NCBI GenBank assembly: GCA_963695335.1
Contig: OY968764.1
Location: 192,001 to 256,000 of the forward strand
From: an uncultured bacterium
GTDB lineage: Bacteria; Babelota; Babeliae; Babelales; Vermiphilaceae
Direction: 5' to 3'
Length of the DNA stretch: 64,000 nt
Below, one piece after another: positions 30,868-41,032 of the stretch. The stretch's first letter is position 1. Each line of letters starts with the position of its first letter. A program made the position numbers and the translations under genes. The notes under the pieces are model-generated. The model was not told the DNA's origin and did no database searches. It saw nothing but the letters and a program-made list of their open reading frames with translations.

Positions 30868-32136
30868 TCACAAAGATGTAATCAAAGTTTTATATGTAAC
30901 AGTTGGTAAAGGCTCGTACAAAAACAATGTACGGGCCTTTGTATAAAACTGTTCTAAATCAGTATGTATTCCACTAAAAAAATCTCGTTCAGACATGTTT
31001 CCCGCAATCAGTTCTTGTATTTTTTTAGTTCCCACTGCTTTATTAAACGATGCTGAAAAAGAGAATTTAATTTTTTCTTTTTTAAAAAACTGTAAAATCG
31101 TAATAAACAGCTCAAATGCATGCAGATTATTAATATCAGAAAATTCTAGTCGTAATCCTCTACTTTTTTTCTTATTTTTTGGATTTGTGTGATGATAATG
31201 AAAGCTTTGTACACCAAATGAACTTAAAATAGTTTGTAACTTATTCCACACTTCATGCGGCACATGCAACGCTTCTGGTAATGTGATGCAACGGAATGCA
31301 TATTGCGTTCCCACGCCAACATCAAATGGTTCCACTTCTCCTAATAATCCCAAAAAACTGTATCCATAACATGATTGTAATGATTGCAAATTTGGTGATA
31401 GTTGATGTTTAAGTTCGCCAACAAATCCGTGTGTGCGATCATAATTTTTCATTGTAACCACATGCAACTGAACAGACTTGTTGCAAACATGCTTGTTAAA
31501 ATACCGTGCAATTTCACCAATCGTCATACCATGACGCAATGGAATTGGTGCAATAGAGATAAATGAACTCAAATCAGGTTCTACCAATGGCCCTTCCATA
31601 ACTCCTGCTAATGGATTAGGCCGATCTAATACAATAAATGGTTTATCGTGTTCTGCTGCAATTTTCATAGTGTTGAGTAATGTGGAAATGTATGTGTAAT
31701 GACGCATACCAGAATCTTGAATATCAAATATCAGACAATCAATACTGTTCATATGTTCAGGTGAAATCATTTTGCCTGAACCATGACCATACAAACTCAT
31801 GATTGGAATGCCTGTTTTTTTATCAACAGAATCATGCACAGTTTTACCCGCTGCAACACTCGTGAACCCATGTTCTGGAGCAAAAATATACTGCAATGGG
31901 CATCCAAGCTTAACCAATGTATCGATTGTTCTTACGCCATTTTGATCAACACCACTTTGGTTAGTAATTAAACCAACTATACATGGACTATGTTCTTTGT
32001 TTGGACATACTTTTTTTAGTAATGAAAGAGAAAAATTTTCAACGCCAAGTTTAAGGGGCCCTACTCCGCTAAAGCTACGAAGGGCAAGTGCTAAACAATA
32101 GGTATAAAAGAATTTTTTTTGAAATTGTATTTTCAT
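30868..32136 (-). CDS. namZ: DUF1343 / exo-beta-N-acetylmuramidase NamZ family protein
   Basis: LGVE, GLITNQSG, FAPEHG, SLYG, FDIQDSGMRHYTYIST, VLDRPNP, RHGMTIGE, SPNL; start MKIQF after a GGGAG RBS. Confidence 0.9.
   Translation of the reverse strand: MKIQFQKKFFYTYCLALALRSFSGVGPLKLGVENFSLSLLKKVCPNKEHSPCIVGLITNQSGVDQNGVRTIDTLVKLGCPLQYIFAPEHGFTSVAAGKTVHDSVDKKTGIPIMSLYGHGSGKMISPEHMNSIDCLIFDIQDSGMRHYTYISTLLNTMKIAAEHDKPFIVLDRPNPLAGVMEGPLVEPDLSSFISIAPIPLRHGMTIGEIARYFNKHVCNKSVQLHVVTMKNYDRTHGFVGELKHQLSPNLQSLQSCYGYSFLGLLGEVEPFDVGVGTQYAFRCITLPEALHVPHEVWNKLQTILSSFGVQSFHYHHTNPKNKKKSRGLRLEFSDINNLHAFELFITILQFFKKEKIKFSFSASFNKAVGTKKIQELIAGNMSERDFFSGIHTDLEQFYTKARTLFLYEPLPTVTYKTLITSL
32059..32088 (+). repeat. 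Family C palindromic element inside namZ (antisense, reads LALRSFSGVG)
   Basis: ccctactccgctaaagctacgaagggcaag. Confidence 0.85.
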
Positions 32137-32318
32137 ATAATTCTCCCTTTTTTGTATATCCTCAAGATACGATTTTTCACAATATAAGAGCAATCCTTTC
32201 CCCCCGCTCGTCCTGAGTGCCCCCGCTAGGGAGGTGTATCGAAGGGTGCAAAAAAACAATAACTCGTGATATTATTATCTCTATTACATTTTTAACTCGT
32301 ATCACAGGAAAAAATATT

Positions 32319-34679
32319 ATGAAAAAAACAAGTTTACTTCTTCTTTGCACCTTACTCACCAACACCACCTTTGCGCACAACATATTTGATGATGTTCGCA
32401 CCAAAAATAAAGAAGCACTCAAACAACGCTTACAAAATTGTGAAAATTGCGCAATCAAAGATGAACATGGCAATAATGCACTGCATATTGCCACACAAAA
32501 CGGTGATCAAGAAATCATTGATATACTCACTACACCTGCCACATATGAAAATTGGTCAGATTGGCTGTATGCATGGCTCTATGCACCAGTACTACCCAAT
32601 ATTGATGAACAAAACAATGACGGAAATTCGCCACTACTCTGTGCAACAGACAATGGTGATCTGACAACAGCTGAACAGTTGGTACAAAAAGGCGCTCGGA
32701 TGGATATTGTTAATAAAAAAGGATTATCTCCAGCATTTCTTGCGGTACTCAAAGATGATCCACGTTTTATCCGTGTGTTTGTAGCTCACAAACTTAATTT
32801 AGTTCAACATAAACGGAATGGTGATACTGTTTTTCATACAGCAGTAAAAGAAAAAAAACCAAATTCCATATATTATTGTGCACAGAAAACATCATTACAC
32901 AATATCACCAACAGAGATCATAAAACACCAACATTTATTGCTATTGATGCTGAAGATGATGTACTGAAAATTTTTACCAAAGAACAGCTCAACGCTTCTT
33001 CAACATCAATAGGCATAAAACCAATCCATTACGCAACACAACAGAATAAATATAACGCTATACATTATTTACTGAATAATAACATCTCTGTGAATGAACC
33101 AGATGCGCAAGGTAATACTCCAATCTTCTATGCCAATAATGAAACAACGCTCAATTTTCTTTTGCAACGCAATGCAGATATACATAAACGTAACAACAGA
33201 GGAGAAGACATTCTTGCTATTGCTACCCACAACAACAATATTCCACTTATAACCGCTCTTATGCAAAAACATAATGTTGATATTGATGCACGAGACAACA
33301 AAGGTCAAACATCATTAATGCGCGCAACGATTGAACAAAATTATGAAATGATGGCAACTCTTATAAGCAATAAAGCAAATATTCGCATCACTGATAATAC
33401 ACGCGAAAATATTCTCCATAAAATAGCGCGTAATGGTGATCAAAAAGCTGCAAGAATAGTACTTGATCATGAAAAGGCATTGCTCACGGATTTAAATAAA
33501 AACGGTGATACACCAATTTTTGTTGCTATTCAAAATGGAAATATGACATGTACTGAATTTTTGATTGATGCAGGTTCACGTATCGACACAATCAATAATG
33601 AAGGGAATACAATTCTTCATGAATTGATTAAACAAAACAATAGCTGGTTACTCACTAAAGTACTGAGAAAAATAGATTACAACATTATTAATCACAAAAA
33701 TAAAAACAGTGAATTTCCACTCTCCCTTGCAGCACAACATGATAATATTGAAGCAATTAAAGCACTCATAGTGTGCAAAGCAAATACGTATACCATTGAT
33801 GCAGATGGGAACAATATTGCTCATATTGCTGCAAAACATAGTAGTCTTAAAACGCTGCAATATCTCCAATCTCGGCAAGATCTGTTGCGATCACACAACC
33901 ATTATGGAGAAACTCCTTTTATATGTGGAGCAAAACATGGTCAACTTGAAACAACACAACTATTACTCACGGAAGAGCATTTTATCAATGGCGATGTTAT
34001 CAACCTCATTAATGCTATGAAAGATCGCTATTTTGCTTGGGATACGCATTATCACGTCTACAGTTTTCTTACCCAACAACACAATAACCGTGTATCTGAA
34101 TGCCAAAACATTGTGATAATCGCACAATCAACACAGAATATTATAAAAGAAAATAATAACATATCAAAAATAATATCTGAAAAAACATTTCAACATCCAT
34201 ATAATCCAGAATCATTAGGTTCATATTATTCAGAAAATGATCTGTATAAAATGATGCAAACAGACCGCAATAAGATTAAAAATATGTATGTAGAACGCCA
34301 AAACAGAACAATCACAACAAAAAAAGCGTTAGAGCAAAGATTTCATGCAATTACTCTCGAAGAACAAGCACGCATTGACCAGCAAAAGCAAAGCGTAGAA
34401 GAGCTCAAAGAAAAAGCACGTATTGATGCTCTCAAAGAAGAACTCATCAAAGCTGCGGCACAAAAGGCACAAGAAAAACCTGAACATAGCCCATTTGAAC
34501 CTACAATTGCTCAGGACACTGATACACAAGCATCATGCTGCATCTGCTTTGAAGATGATCAACAATTATTAAGAAAAATTCCATGCAAAAATGCACACAG
34601 TGATCATATTTGTGGAGCATGCCTCAAAGCACCATCAATTACAACATGTCCAATTTGTAGAGGACCGATAACAAAATAA
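32319..34679 (+). CDS. Ankyrin-repeat protein with C-terminal RING finger (putative E3 ligase effector)
   Basis: Signal peptide; many ankyrin motifs (GNNALHIA, GNSPLLCA, GDTVFHTA, GQTSLMRA, GDTPIFVA); C-x2-C...C-x3-H-x4-C-x2-C...CPICR. Confidence 0.9.
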   Translation: MKKTSLLLLCTLLTNTTFAHNIFDDVRTKNKEALKQRLQNCENCAIKDEHGNNALHIATQNGDQEIIDILTTPATYENWSDWLYAWLYAPVLPNIDEQNNDGNSPLLCATDNGDLTTAEQLVQKGARMDIVNKKGLSPAFLAVLKDDPRFIRVFVAHKLNLVQHKRNGDTVFHTAVKEKKPNSIYYCAQKTSLHNITNRDHKTPTFIAIDAEDDVLKIFTKEQLNASSTSIGIKPIHYATQQNKYNAIHYLLNNNISVNEPDAQGNTPIFYANNETTLNFLLQRNADIHKRNNRGEDILAIATHNNNIPLITALMQKHNVDIDARDNKGQTSLMRATIEQNYEMMATLISNKANIRITDNTRENILHKIARNGDQKAARIVLDHEKALLTDLNKNGDTPIFVAIQNGNMTCTEFLIDAGSRIDTINNEGNTILHELIKQNNSWLLTKVLRKIDYNIINHKNKNSEFPLSLAAQHDNIEAIKALIVCKANTYTIDADGNNIAHIAAKHSSLKTLQYLQSRQDLLRSHNHYGETPFICGAKHGQLETTQLLLTEEHFINGDVINLINAMKDRYFAWDTHYHVYSFLTQQHNNRVSECQNIVIIAQSTQNIIKENNNISKIISEKTFQHPYNPESLGSYYSENDLYKMMQTDRNKIKNMYVERQNRTITTKKALEQRFHAITLEEQARIDQQKQSVEELKEKARIDALKEELIKAAAQKAQEKPEHSPFEPTIAQDTDTQASCCICFEDDQQLLRKIPCKNAHSDHICGACLKAPSITTCPICRGPITK

Positions 34680-34799
34680 AATACAATATTTCCCCGTTCG
34701 TGCTGAGCCTGTCGAGGCATACAAACAATTTTAAAGTAAAAGAGCTGCAGAAAATTCCGCAGCTCTCTTTTTATTATGAATGCAATTTTAATAGCTAAT

Positions 34800-35072
34800 C
34801 TAATTATAAATATCTCTTCGATGACCAACGGCAGAGATACAAATTTGTTTCTTTTGACTATCAACTGAAAAAATAATTCTATAATCACCAACTCTCAATC
34901 TATAAAGATTTGGATACCCCTTCAGTTTTTTAATATCACTATTTTCATGCAAAGATACTAAAACATCTATCTGCTTTATAATAGATTTTTGGGTAGACAA
35001 AGGTAGTTTTTCGAAACTCTTATGCGCAGATTTAAGCCATACAACAATAAAATTTTCAAAATTACTAGCCAT
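34800..35072 (-). CDS. RelE/ParE-family toxin
   Basis: KKLKG...YRLRVGDYRIIF...VGHRRDIY. Confidence 0.92.
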   Translation of the reverse strand: MASNFENFIVVWLKSAHKSFEKLPLSTQKSIIKQIDVLVSLHENSDIKKLKGYPNLYRLRVGDYRIIFSVDSQKKQICISAVGHRRDIYN

Positions 35073-35293
35073 TACTTTTTCCTACTTATTTTCTTCTTAA
35101 CAGCCTCATGCGTAATATACTCATCTTCATCTTGTAATGCTTTATGAGCAATAGATCCAAAATAAAGATCTTCTATTTCTTCCAAAAGCTTTTCAAAAGT
35201 TAAAATATCAAGAATAACGCCTGTTTTTTTACCAGCTTTATCCACAATATATTGAGGAGTAATTTTAGACAAAAAAGCTTTATTTTTTAACAT
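35072..35293 (-). CDS. Antitoxin of the RelE module
   Basis: PQYIVDKAGKKTGVIL..FEKLLEEIED; overlaps the toxin start. Confidence 0.8.
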   Translation of the reverse strand: MLKNKAFLSKITPQYIVDKAGKKTGVILDILTFEKLLEEIEDLYFGSIAHKALQDEDEYITHEAVKKKISRKK

Positions 35294-35357
35294 ATATCCC
35301 TCTATTGAAAAAAAGAGTTACAGAAATTCTGTAACTCTTTTTTTATTTACAATCAAT

Positions 35358-37328
35358 TTATCCAACTAATACCAGCAGCAATGAAACAATAGACATCAAC
35401 TTAATTAAAATATTAAGCGCTGGTCCAGATGTATCCTTGAAAGGGTCGCCCACCGTGTCACCAATAACAGCTGACATGTGTGCAACAGATCCTTTGCCAC
35501 CCATGTGACCCGCTTCAATATATTTCTTAGCATTATCCCATGCACCACCAGCATTTGCCATCAACAGTGCAAGTAAAACACCTACAACGGTTGAACCAAC
35601 AAGTACACCACCAAGAACATGAATACCAAGTGTATATTTAACAACAACTGGAACAGAAATTGTTAACACACCAGGCAACACCATTTCTTTTAATGATGCT
35701 TTGGTACTGATCGCAACACAACGTTCATAATCAGGTTGTGCTGTACCCGCCATAATGCCAGGAATTTCTTTAAACTGACGACGAACTTCCATCACCATTT
35801 TCATTGCAGCATCACCAACAGAACGCATAGTAAGGGCTGAAACAACAAATGGAACTGTTCCTCCAATAAAAATACCGATCAAAATATATGGATCTAAAAC
35901 ATTAAGCATTTCAATATTTGCTTGTTGCGCATATGCAGAAAGTATTGCAAGCGCAGTAAGCAATGCTGAACCAATTGCAAAACCTTTACCAATTGCCGCA
36001 GTGGTGTTACCTAATGCATCAAGTTTATCAGTAATTTTTCTGACTTCTGGTCCAAAACCTGCCATTTCAGCAATACCACCAGCATTATCTGCAATAGGAC
36101 CATATGCATCAACAGTCATAGTAATACCCACCGTTGCAAGCATAGAAACTGCTGCAATAGAAATACCGTATAATCCACCGTAATAATGCGCTGCTAAAAC
36201 AATAAGTCCTAAAATAATAACCGGAGCAGCCGTTGATTCCATACCAACAGAAAGACCATAGATAATATTAGTTGCTGCACCAGAACGTGAAGTTTCAGCA
36301 ATGTTAATGACTGGTTTGCCACTTGTATAATATTCAGCAACTGCACCAATCACAACACCAGACAAACAACCAAGTGCAATGGGGATAAATAGTTCCATTG
36401 CAACACCATGGACCGTTTGATACCAATATGTTCCACCAAGAAATGCTACAATCGCCACATAGGTTGCATTACGTAACATAGCTGCAGGACTGCTCTGTAA
36501 AACTAAATTGAAAAGTAATCCTACAACAGAACTGATTAAACCAATTCCTGCAAGTACTAATGGGAACAACACATATTGAGGTGTCATTTGTGAACCAATT
36601 GCCAAAATTGCTGTTGAAACAATTGCTCCAACATATGATTCATAAATATCAGCGCCCATACCTGCTGTATCACCAACACAATCACCAACGTTGTCAGCAA
36701 TTACCGCTGGGTTACGAGGATCATCTTCTGGAATACCTGATTCCACTTTACCCACCAGATCAGCTCCAACATCTGCTGATTTTGTGAAAATACCCCCACC
36801 AACACGTGCAAAGAATGCAACTAAACTTGCACCAAGGCTAAAACATGTTAATAAGGTAACAAATTCAGGATGATCGCCAAATAAATAAAAAATTTTGACA
36901 AGCGCAAGTAAACCAAAACTTGCAACAGCAAAACCCATTACACCACCACCATAAAATGCAACCATAAACGCAGCAGATTCACCACCTTCACGTGCTGCAC
37001 TTGTTGTGCGTACATTTGCAGATGTCGCTGCAATCATTCCAACAAAACCAATTAACATAGAGATAAATGCGCCAGAAACAAATATAAGAGCCGCTAACCA
37101 ACTCTTAAATATTACTCCTAAAATAATTGCAACAACAGCAACCACCATTGCAATTACTCTATATTCTTCACGTAAAAACGTCATTGCACCTGCATGAATT
37201 GCAGCTGCAATCTGCTCGGCTTTGTGATTATTAACCGATAATCGGTTAATCGAACAAAATAAAATTGCTACGACCAGCAGGCCGAGCAATGCTATCATGC
37301 CCAAAACTATTAAATGCATCAAAATCAT
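35358..37328 (-). CDS. hppA: Membrane-bound pyrophosphatase, K+-dependent, probably Na+-translocating
   Basis: [63 protein letters not shown]. Confidence 0.96.
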   Translation of the reverse strand: MILMHLIVLGMIALLGLLVVAILFCSINRLSVNNHKAEQIAAAIHAGAMTFLREEYRVIAMVVAVVAIILGVIFKSWLAALIFVSGAFISMLIGFVGMIAATSANVRTTSAAREGGESAAFMVAFYGGGVMGFAVASFGLLALVKIFYLFGDHPEFVTLLTCFSLGASLVAFFARVGGGIFTKSADVGADLVGKVESGIPEDDPRNPAVIADNVGDCVGDTAGMGADIYESYVGAIVSTAILAIGSQMTPQYVLFPLVLAGIGLISSVVGLLFNLVLQSSPAAMLRNATYVAIVAFLGGTYWYQTVHGVAMELFIPIALGCLSGVVIGAVAEYYTSGKPVINIAETSRSGAATNIIYGLSVGMESTAAPVIILGLIVLAAHYYGGLYGISIAAVSMLATVGITMTVDAYGPIADNAGGIAEMAGFGPEVRKITDKLDALGNTTAAIGKGFAIGSALLTALAILSAYAQQANIEMLNVLDPYILIGIFIGGTVPFVVSALTMRSVGDAAMKMVMEVRRQFKEIPGIMAGTAQPDYERCVAISTKASLKEMVLPGVLTISVPVVVKYTLGIHVLGGVLVGSTVVGVLLALLMANAGGAWDNAKKYIEAGHMGGKGSVAHMSAVIGDTVGDPFKDTSGPALNILIKLMSIVSLLLVLVG

Positions 37329-37486
37329 ATTCCTCCCTCAATAAAAATATACACTTTTTTAATACGCATATGATTGTACGATCAAATGGCCTTTCTGTAA
37401 ATACAACAACTGTAAAAAAAAATAACTACTCAACAAAAAAACCCTATTTTTGCAAACAAGGGTTTTTTCTATTTCAAGTATATCAA

Positions 37487-38353
37487 TTATAATTTGGAGG
37501 GTTTCACTCTTTTCAAATAAGCATCCCAGCCGGCTTTTTTATAACGTTGTGCTTCTACAAGCGGATCTTTGGCTTGCAAAATACCTCTGCCAACAATAAT
37601 AATATCACTACCAAGTTCATTGATAACTTTATCTGGAGTTAAATATTGTTGCCCAAATGCATCACCACCTTCAGCCATTTGCACACCAGGAGTAAAATGA
37701 AGCAATCCAGGATTATCAGATAATTTTTCGCGACAAATAACACCAATAACATTATTTGAATGTTGCAACGCTAATTTGACTGTGTGTGTTGTATAATCAC
37801 CTTGCGCAAGCGTGTTGGCGCTACTCATTTGTGCAAGTAAAAGAAATGCTGCATCTTTTGTTTTTTCTGTTGATTTAAGTGCTTGCAATGTACCATCACC
37901 TGCTATGCTGTGTACGGTAACCATATCAGCCCAGTCTGCAATGCGGAATATTCCACCGGTGTATTGTTTTAAAGCAATCGTTCCGATATCAGCAAATTTA
38001 CGATCTTCCCAAATTAAAAAATTATGTTTCTTCGCAAGAGCACACAATTGTGCCGGAAAATCTTTATCATAATCATCAATTGCATCACAATGTACTTTTA
38101 AAACAGATATTTCTGGCCCAACCAAATCTGCCAACTCAAAAAGCTTATTCTTTTGTGTAACATCTGCGGAAAAGATAAGATTAGTTTTTTTTGCATCCAT
38201 AATAGTGAGCAAACGTTGTGCAATCGGATTAGTGCAATAAGTTGCACGTTGCTTATATGTTAATACTTTATCTTGGAAATCCATTGCGATTAGACGAGAA
38301 CAATTACTCAAACAAACGATAAGTGTTATTAAAACAAAACATTTTTTAAACAT
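37487..38353 (-). CDS. pyrF: Orotidine-5'-phosphate decarboxylase (UMPS/eukaryote-like type) with N-terminal signal-like extension
   Basis: KKTNLIFSADV, LKVHCD, EDRKFADIG, TPGV, GQQY.TP, IIVGRGI. Confidence 0.93.
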   Translation of the reverse strand: MFKKCFVLITLIVCLSNCSRLIAMDFQDKVLTYKQRATYCTNPIAQRLLTIMDAKKTNLIFSADVTQKNKLFELADLVGPEISVLKVHCDAIDDYDKDFPAQLCALAKKHNFLIWEDRKFADIGTIALKQYTGGIFRIADWADMVTVHSIAGDGTLQALKSTEKTKDAAFLLLAQMSSANTLAQGDYTTHTVKLALQHSNNVIGVICREKLSDNPGLLHFTPGVQMAEGGDAFGQQYLTPDKVINELGSDIIIVGRGILQAKDPLVEAQRYKKAGWDAYLKRVKPSKL

Positions 38354-38375
38354 GTATATAGTTTTTTCTTTTTAA

Positions 38376-40001
38376 TTATAATTTACTACGTGATTGTAAT
38401 TGAAATGTTTTATATAAGCTCAATAACTCTTGCAACATAAACAGCGCATGGAAATTATATCCTGCTTTCGTAATATTTTCTCTCCCACCTTGCTGGCGAT
38501 CAATAAGTCCAATAATATCTTTAACTTGCAAACCAGCAGATTCTACTATTTTAACCGTTTCTAAAACACTTGAACCTGTCGTTATAACATCTTCAATAAT
38601 CAAACATTTTTGCCCTGATGTATACACACCTTCAATCATCTTTTTTGTTCCATGATCCTTTGCTTGTTGACGCGCCATCACCATTGGTATACCTGAAAGC
38701 ATAGAAAGCATAGTAGTTATTGGAACTGCTGCATACGGCACAGGACACAATACATCTGCACCATATTGTCGTTGAATACCGTTAAAGCACAGAGCCAAAT
38801 CGCGTAAAATATCTGGATGTGATATTGCAAGGCGCATATCAACATAATTATTTGAACGAATACCACTTTTCAAAACAAAATCACCAAACTTAATAACACC
38901 AATATCAAACAATTTATGAGCTAACTTTTCTTTACGTGTATGTTTTATCAATGCTTGTTCATGATATTGTGCTGCAAGACATGGGTTACTCATCATACCG
39001 GTTGCAGCAAGTGCAACCGCTGCACCTGCCTTCAAAAATTGTGAAAAATGAGATGGCATAGTAATTCCTCCTACTCCTAAAAGGACAAGATTAAGATTTT
39101 CTTTGTGTATGATTGTAGAAGCTCTGTTTATAAAATCAAGCGCCAATTGCCGAATAGGCGCCCCTGAAACTCCAGCCATAATGCGTGTGCCAAATGTTGG
39201 GCAACCATCACTGTTAATAACTTTCATCGGAACAGAATTAATACCAACAACACCTCTGACACCGGCTTTTGCAGCTGCAATTAACGCAGACTTCATTACT
39301 GAAACATCTGTAAAAACACCACATTTTATAATTACTGGAACATCAGATGTAACCGTTTGTACCACATTGTGCGCTATAACAAAAATATCATCAGGTCGTG
39401 TATATATTGGTTCGTTATGGGTATTTAAATTGGGACATGAAAAATTTGCTTCAATAATATCTGCTCCACTATCCTTTGTTAATTGCGCTGTTTTTATCCA
39501 TTCCTCAACACTGTTACCAAATATAGAAACAATCAGAACCTGACCTTCTAATAAAGATTGTTTAGCTTTTGTAATATCGTTACGTGTATATTCACTATCC
39601 ATAGATGGATTGCCAAAAGAATTTGCAAGAGAAATCTCTGCAATGTTTTCGGGTTTCTTGTTGTATGCCATCACTGTTTTACCAATATCATCATATGTTA
39701 ATGGTGAAGATCTTTGAACATATCGTATATTCGGTGCCGGATGTGCATCATGTTCATAACAACGAACGGTTTTATACGTTAAAACATCATAACCTGATCG
39801 CGCTGCTAACCAAATTCCTTTACTATCAGTGGTTGCACGTGCAGATATTCCAATAGGTGAAGCAATTTTATACCCAAGAAAATCATGCCAATCTTCTTTG
39901 GGTGCGCGATGAATTATTGGCAATTTGATTTCAGCAGTGTGAACTAATGGAATAATGGTCATGCACAACAATAATACACATCTGAATATCAATAATCTCA
40001 T
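38376..40001 (-). CDS. Dihydroorotate dehydrogenase-like / orotate phosphoribosyltransferase fusion with signal-like leader
   Basis: N-part: SPIGI, TYKTV, NSFGNPS, EANFSCPN, GVSG, GVGGI. C-part: FGDFVLKSG, VPYAA, KDHGT, LIIEDVITTGSS. ATG 40001 after GGGAG. Confidence 0.88.
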   Translation of the reverse strand: MRLLIFRCVLLLCMTIIPLVHTAEIKLPIIHRAPKEDWHDFLGYKIASPIGISARATTDSKGIWLAARSGYDVLTYKTVRCYEHDAHPAPNIRYVQRSSPLTYDDIGKTVMAYNKKPENIAEISLANSFGNPSMDSEYTRNDITKAKQSLLEGQVLIVSIFGNSVEEWIKTAQLTKDSGADIIEANFSCPNLNTHNEPIYTRPDDIFVIAHNVVQTVTSDVPVIIKCGVFTDVSVMKSALIAAAKAGVRGVVGINSVPMKVINSDGCPTFGTRIMAGVSGAPIRQLALDFINRASTIIHKENLNLVLLGVGGITMPSHFSQFLKAGAAVALAATGMMSNPCLAAQYHEQALIKHTRKEKLAHKLFDIGVIKFGDFVLKSGIRSNNYVDMRLAISHPDILRDLALCFNGIQRQYGADVLCPVPYAAVPITTMLSMLSGIPMVMARQQAKDHGTKKMIEGVYTSGQKCLIIEDVITTGSSVLETVKIVESAGLQVKDIIGLIDRQQGGRENITKAGYNFHALFMLQELLSLYKTFQLQSRSKL

Positions 40002-40104
40002 AACTACTCCCTTTTTTAAAAAATAATATGTTGAAGCTTGAAAAGACGCCCAAGACATATTAGATTTGTTGAGAAATTTATACAACCATAAAAAAGGAAG
40101 CTGT

Positions 40105-40983
40105 ATGCAAGATACATTGATGTACGATTATATCGCCAAAAGAATGCGAACGTTTTTTCTCGAACAAAAAAATTTTGTTGAAGTGCCTGCACAGTCACGA
40201 CTCTCTATTTTAGCCGCATGCGAAGATCCCAAAACTATTACTCAATTTGTTTTCAGCGGCGTCAATTATCCACTCCCCCAAACAGGCCAAATGTGGCTTG
40301 AAGTTGAACTACTTAAAAATCCAACGCTCCCGGGAGTGTTCTGTGCAACAACAAGTTATCGCAATGAACCGTTCCCTATTCCAGGTCGTCACGATAAAAT
40401 TTTTCCGATGATAGAATTTGAATCACATGGCACCATTGATGAGATGAGAAAATTGGAAGCAGAACTTCTTGAATTTCTTGGTTTTGAAGCGCCAGTATGT
40501 GTGCAATACAATGATATTTGTAAACAATACGAAACTGATAATATTAGTGCAGAATACGAAACACAAATGGCACGCGATATTAGCCCAGTGATTAGTCTTG
40601 AAAATTTCCCAATACGTACACATCCATTTTGGAATATGAAGCATAACGCAGAAGGCATTTTTAATAAAATTGATGTGATTTTATACGGCATGGAAACAAT
40701 AGGATCAGCAGAACGCTCAACAAATGTTGAAGAAATGCGTGATTACTTCTTTAATATTTCCAACGGCCAGTATGCACAGCTATTGTTCAGCTCTTTTGGT
40801 AAAGACCGCGTGATCAAAGAACTTGATGAATATTTATCATTGCCTATGATTCCACGCTTTGGAGGTGGCATTGGAGTTACGCGTATGGCACGTGCTATGG
40901 CACTGGCTGGTATTGGTCCTAAAGTTGCAAACACAGATTTTATCAAGCCACAACCGAACCGCATACACGAACAACAATTATAA
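40105..40983 (+). CDS. Class II aaRS-related protein (AsnRS catalytic core only, no anticodon domain)
   Basis: FVEVP, LPQTGQMWLE, SYRNE..GRH...EFE, PFWNM, ETIGSAER, PRFGGGIGVTRM. Confidence 0.75.
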   Translation: MQDTLMYDYIAKRMRTFFLEQKNFVEVPAQSRLSILAACEDPKTITQFVFSGVNYPLPQTGQMWLEVELLKNPTLPGVFCATTSYRNEPFPIPGRHDKIFPMIEFESHGTIDEMRKLEAELLEFLGFEAPVCVQYNDICKQYETDNISAEYETQMARDISPVISLENFPIRTHPFWNMKHNAEGIFNKIDVILYGMETIGSAERSTNVEEMRDYFFNISNGQYAQLLFSSFGKDRVIKELDEYLSLPMIPRFGGGIGVTRMARAMALAGIGPKVANTDFIKPQPNRIHEQQL

Positions 40984-40994
40984 ATTTTGCTCAA

Positions 40995-41029
40995 AAAAAA
41001 TGTCCTATCTATGTAGATAGGCATTTTTT
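40995..41029. terminator. Bidirectional intrinsic terminator
   Basis: aaaaaaatgtcctatcta-tg-tagataggcatttttt between convergent genes. Confidence 0.7.
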
Positions 41030-41032
41030 ATT

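Noticed and set aside
32137..32318. Long N-terminal extensions of namZ and the ankyrin gene given in the ORF track
   Set aside because: They run through a family A repeat; better starts with RBS and signal peptides lie at 32136 and 32319.
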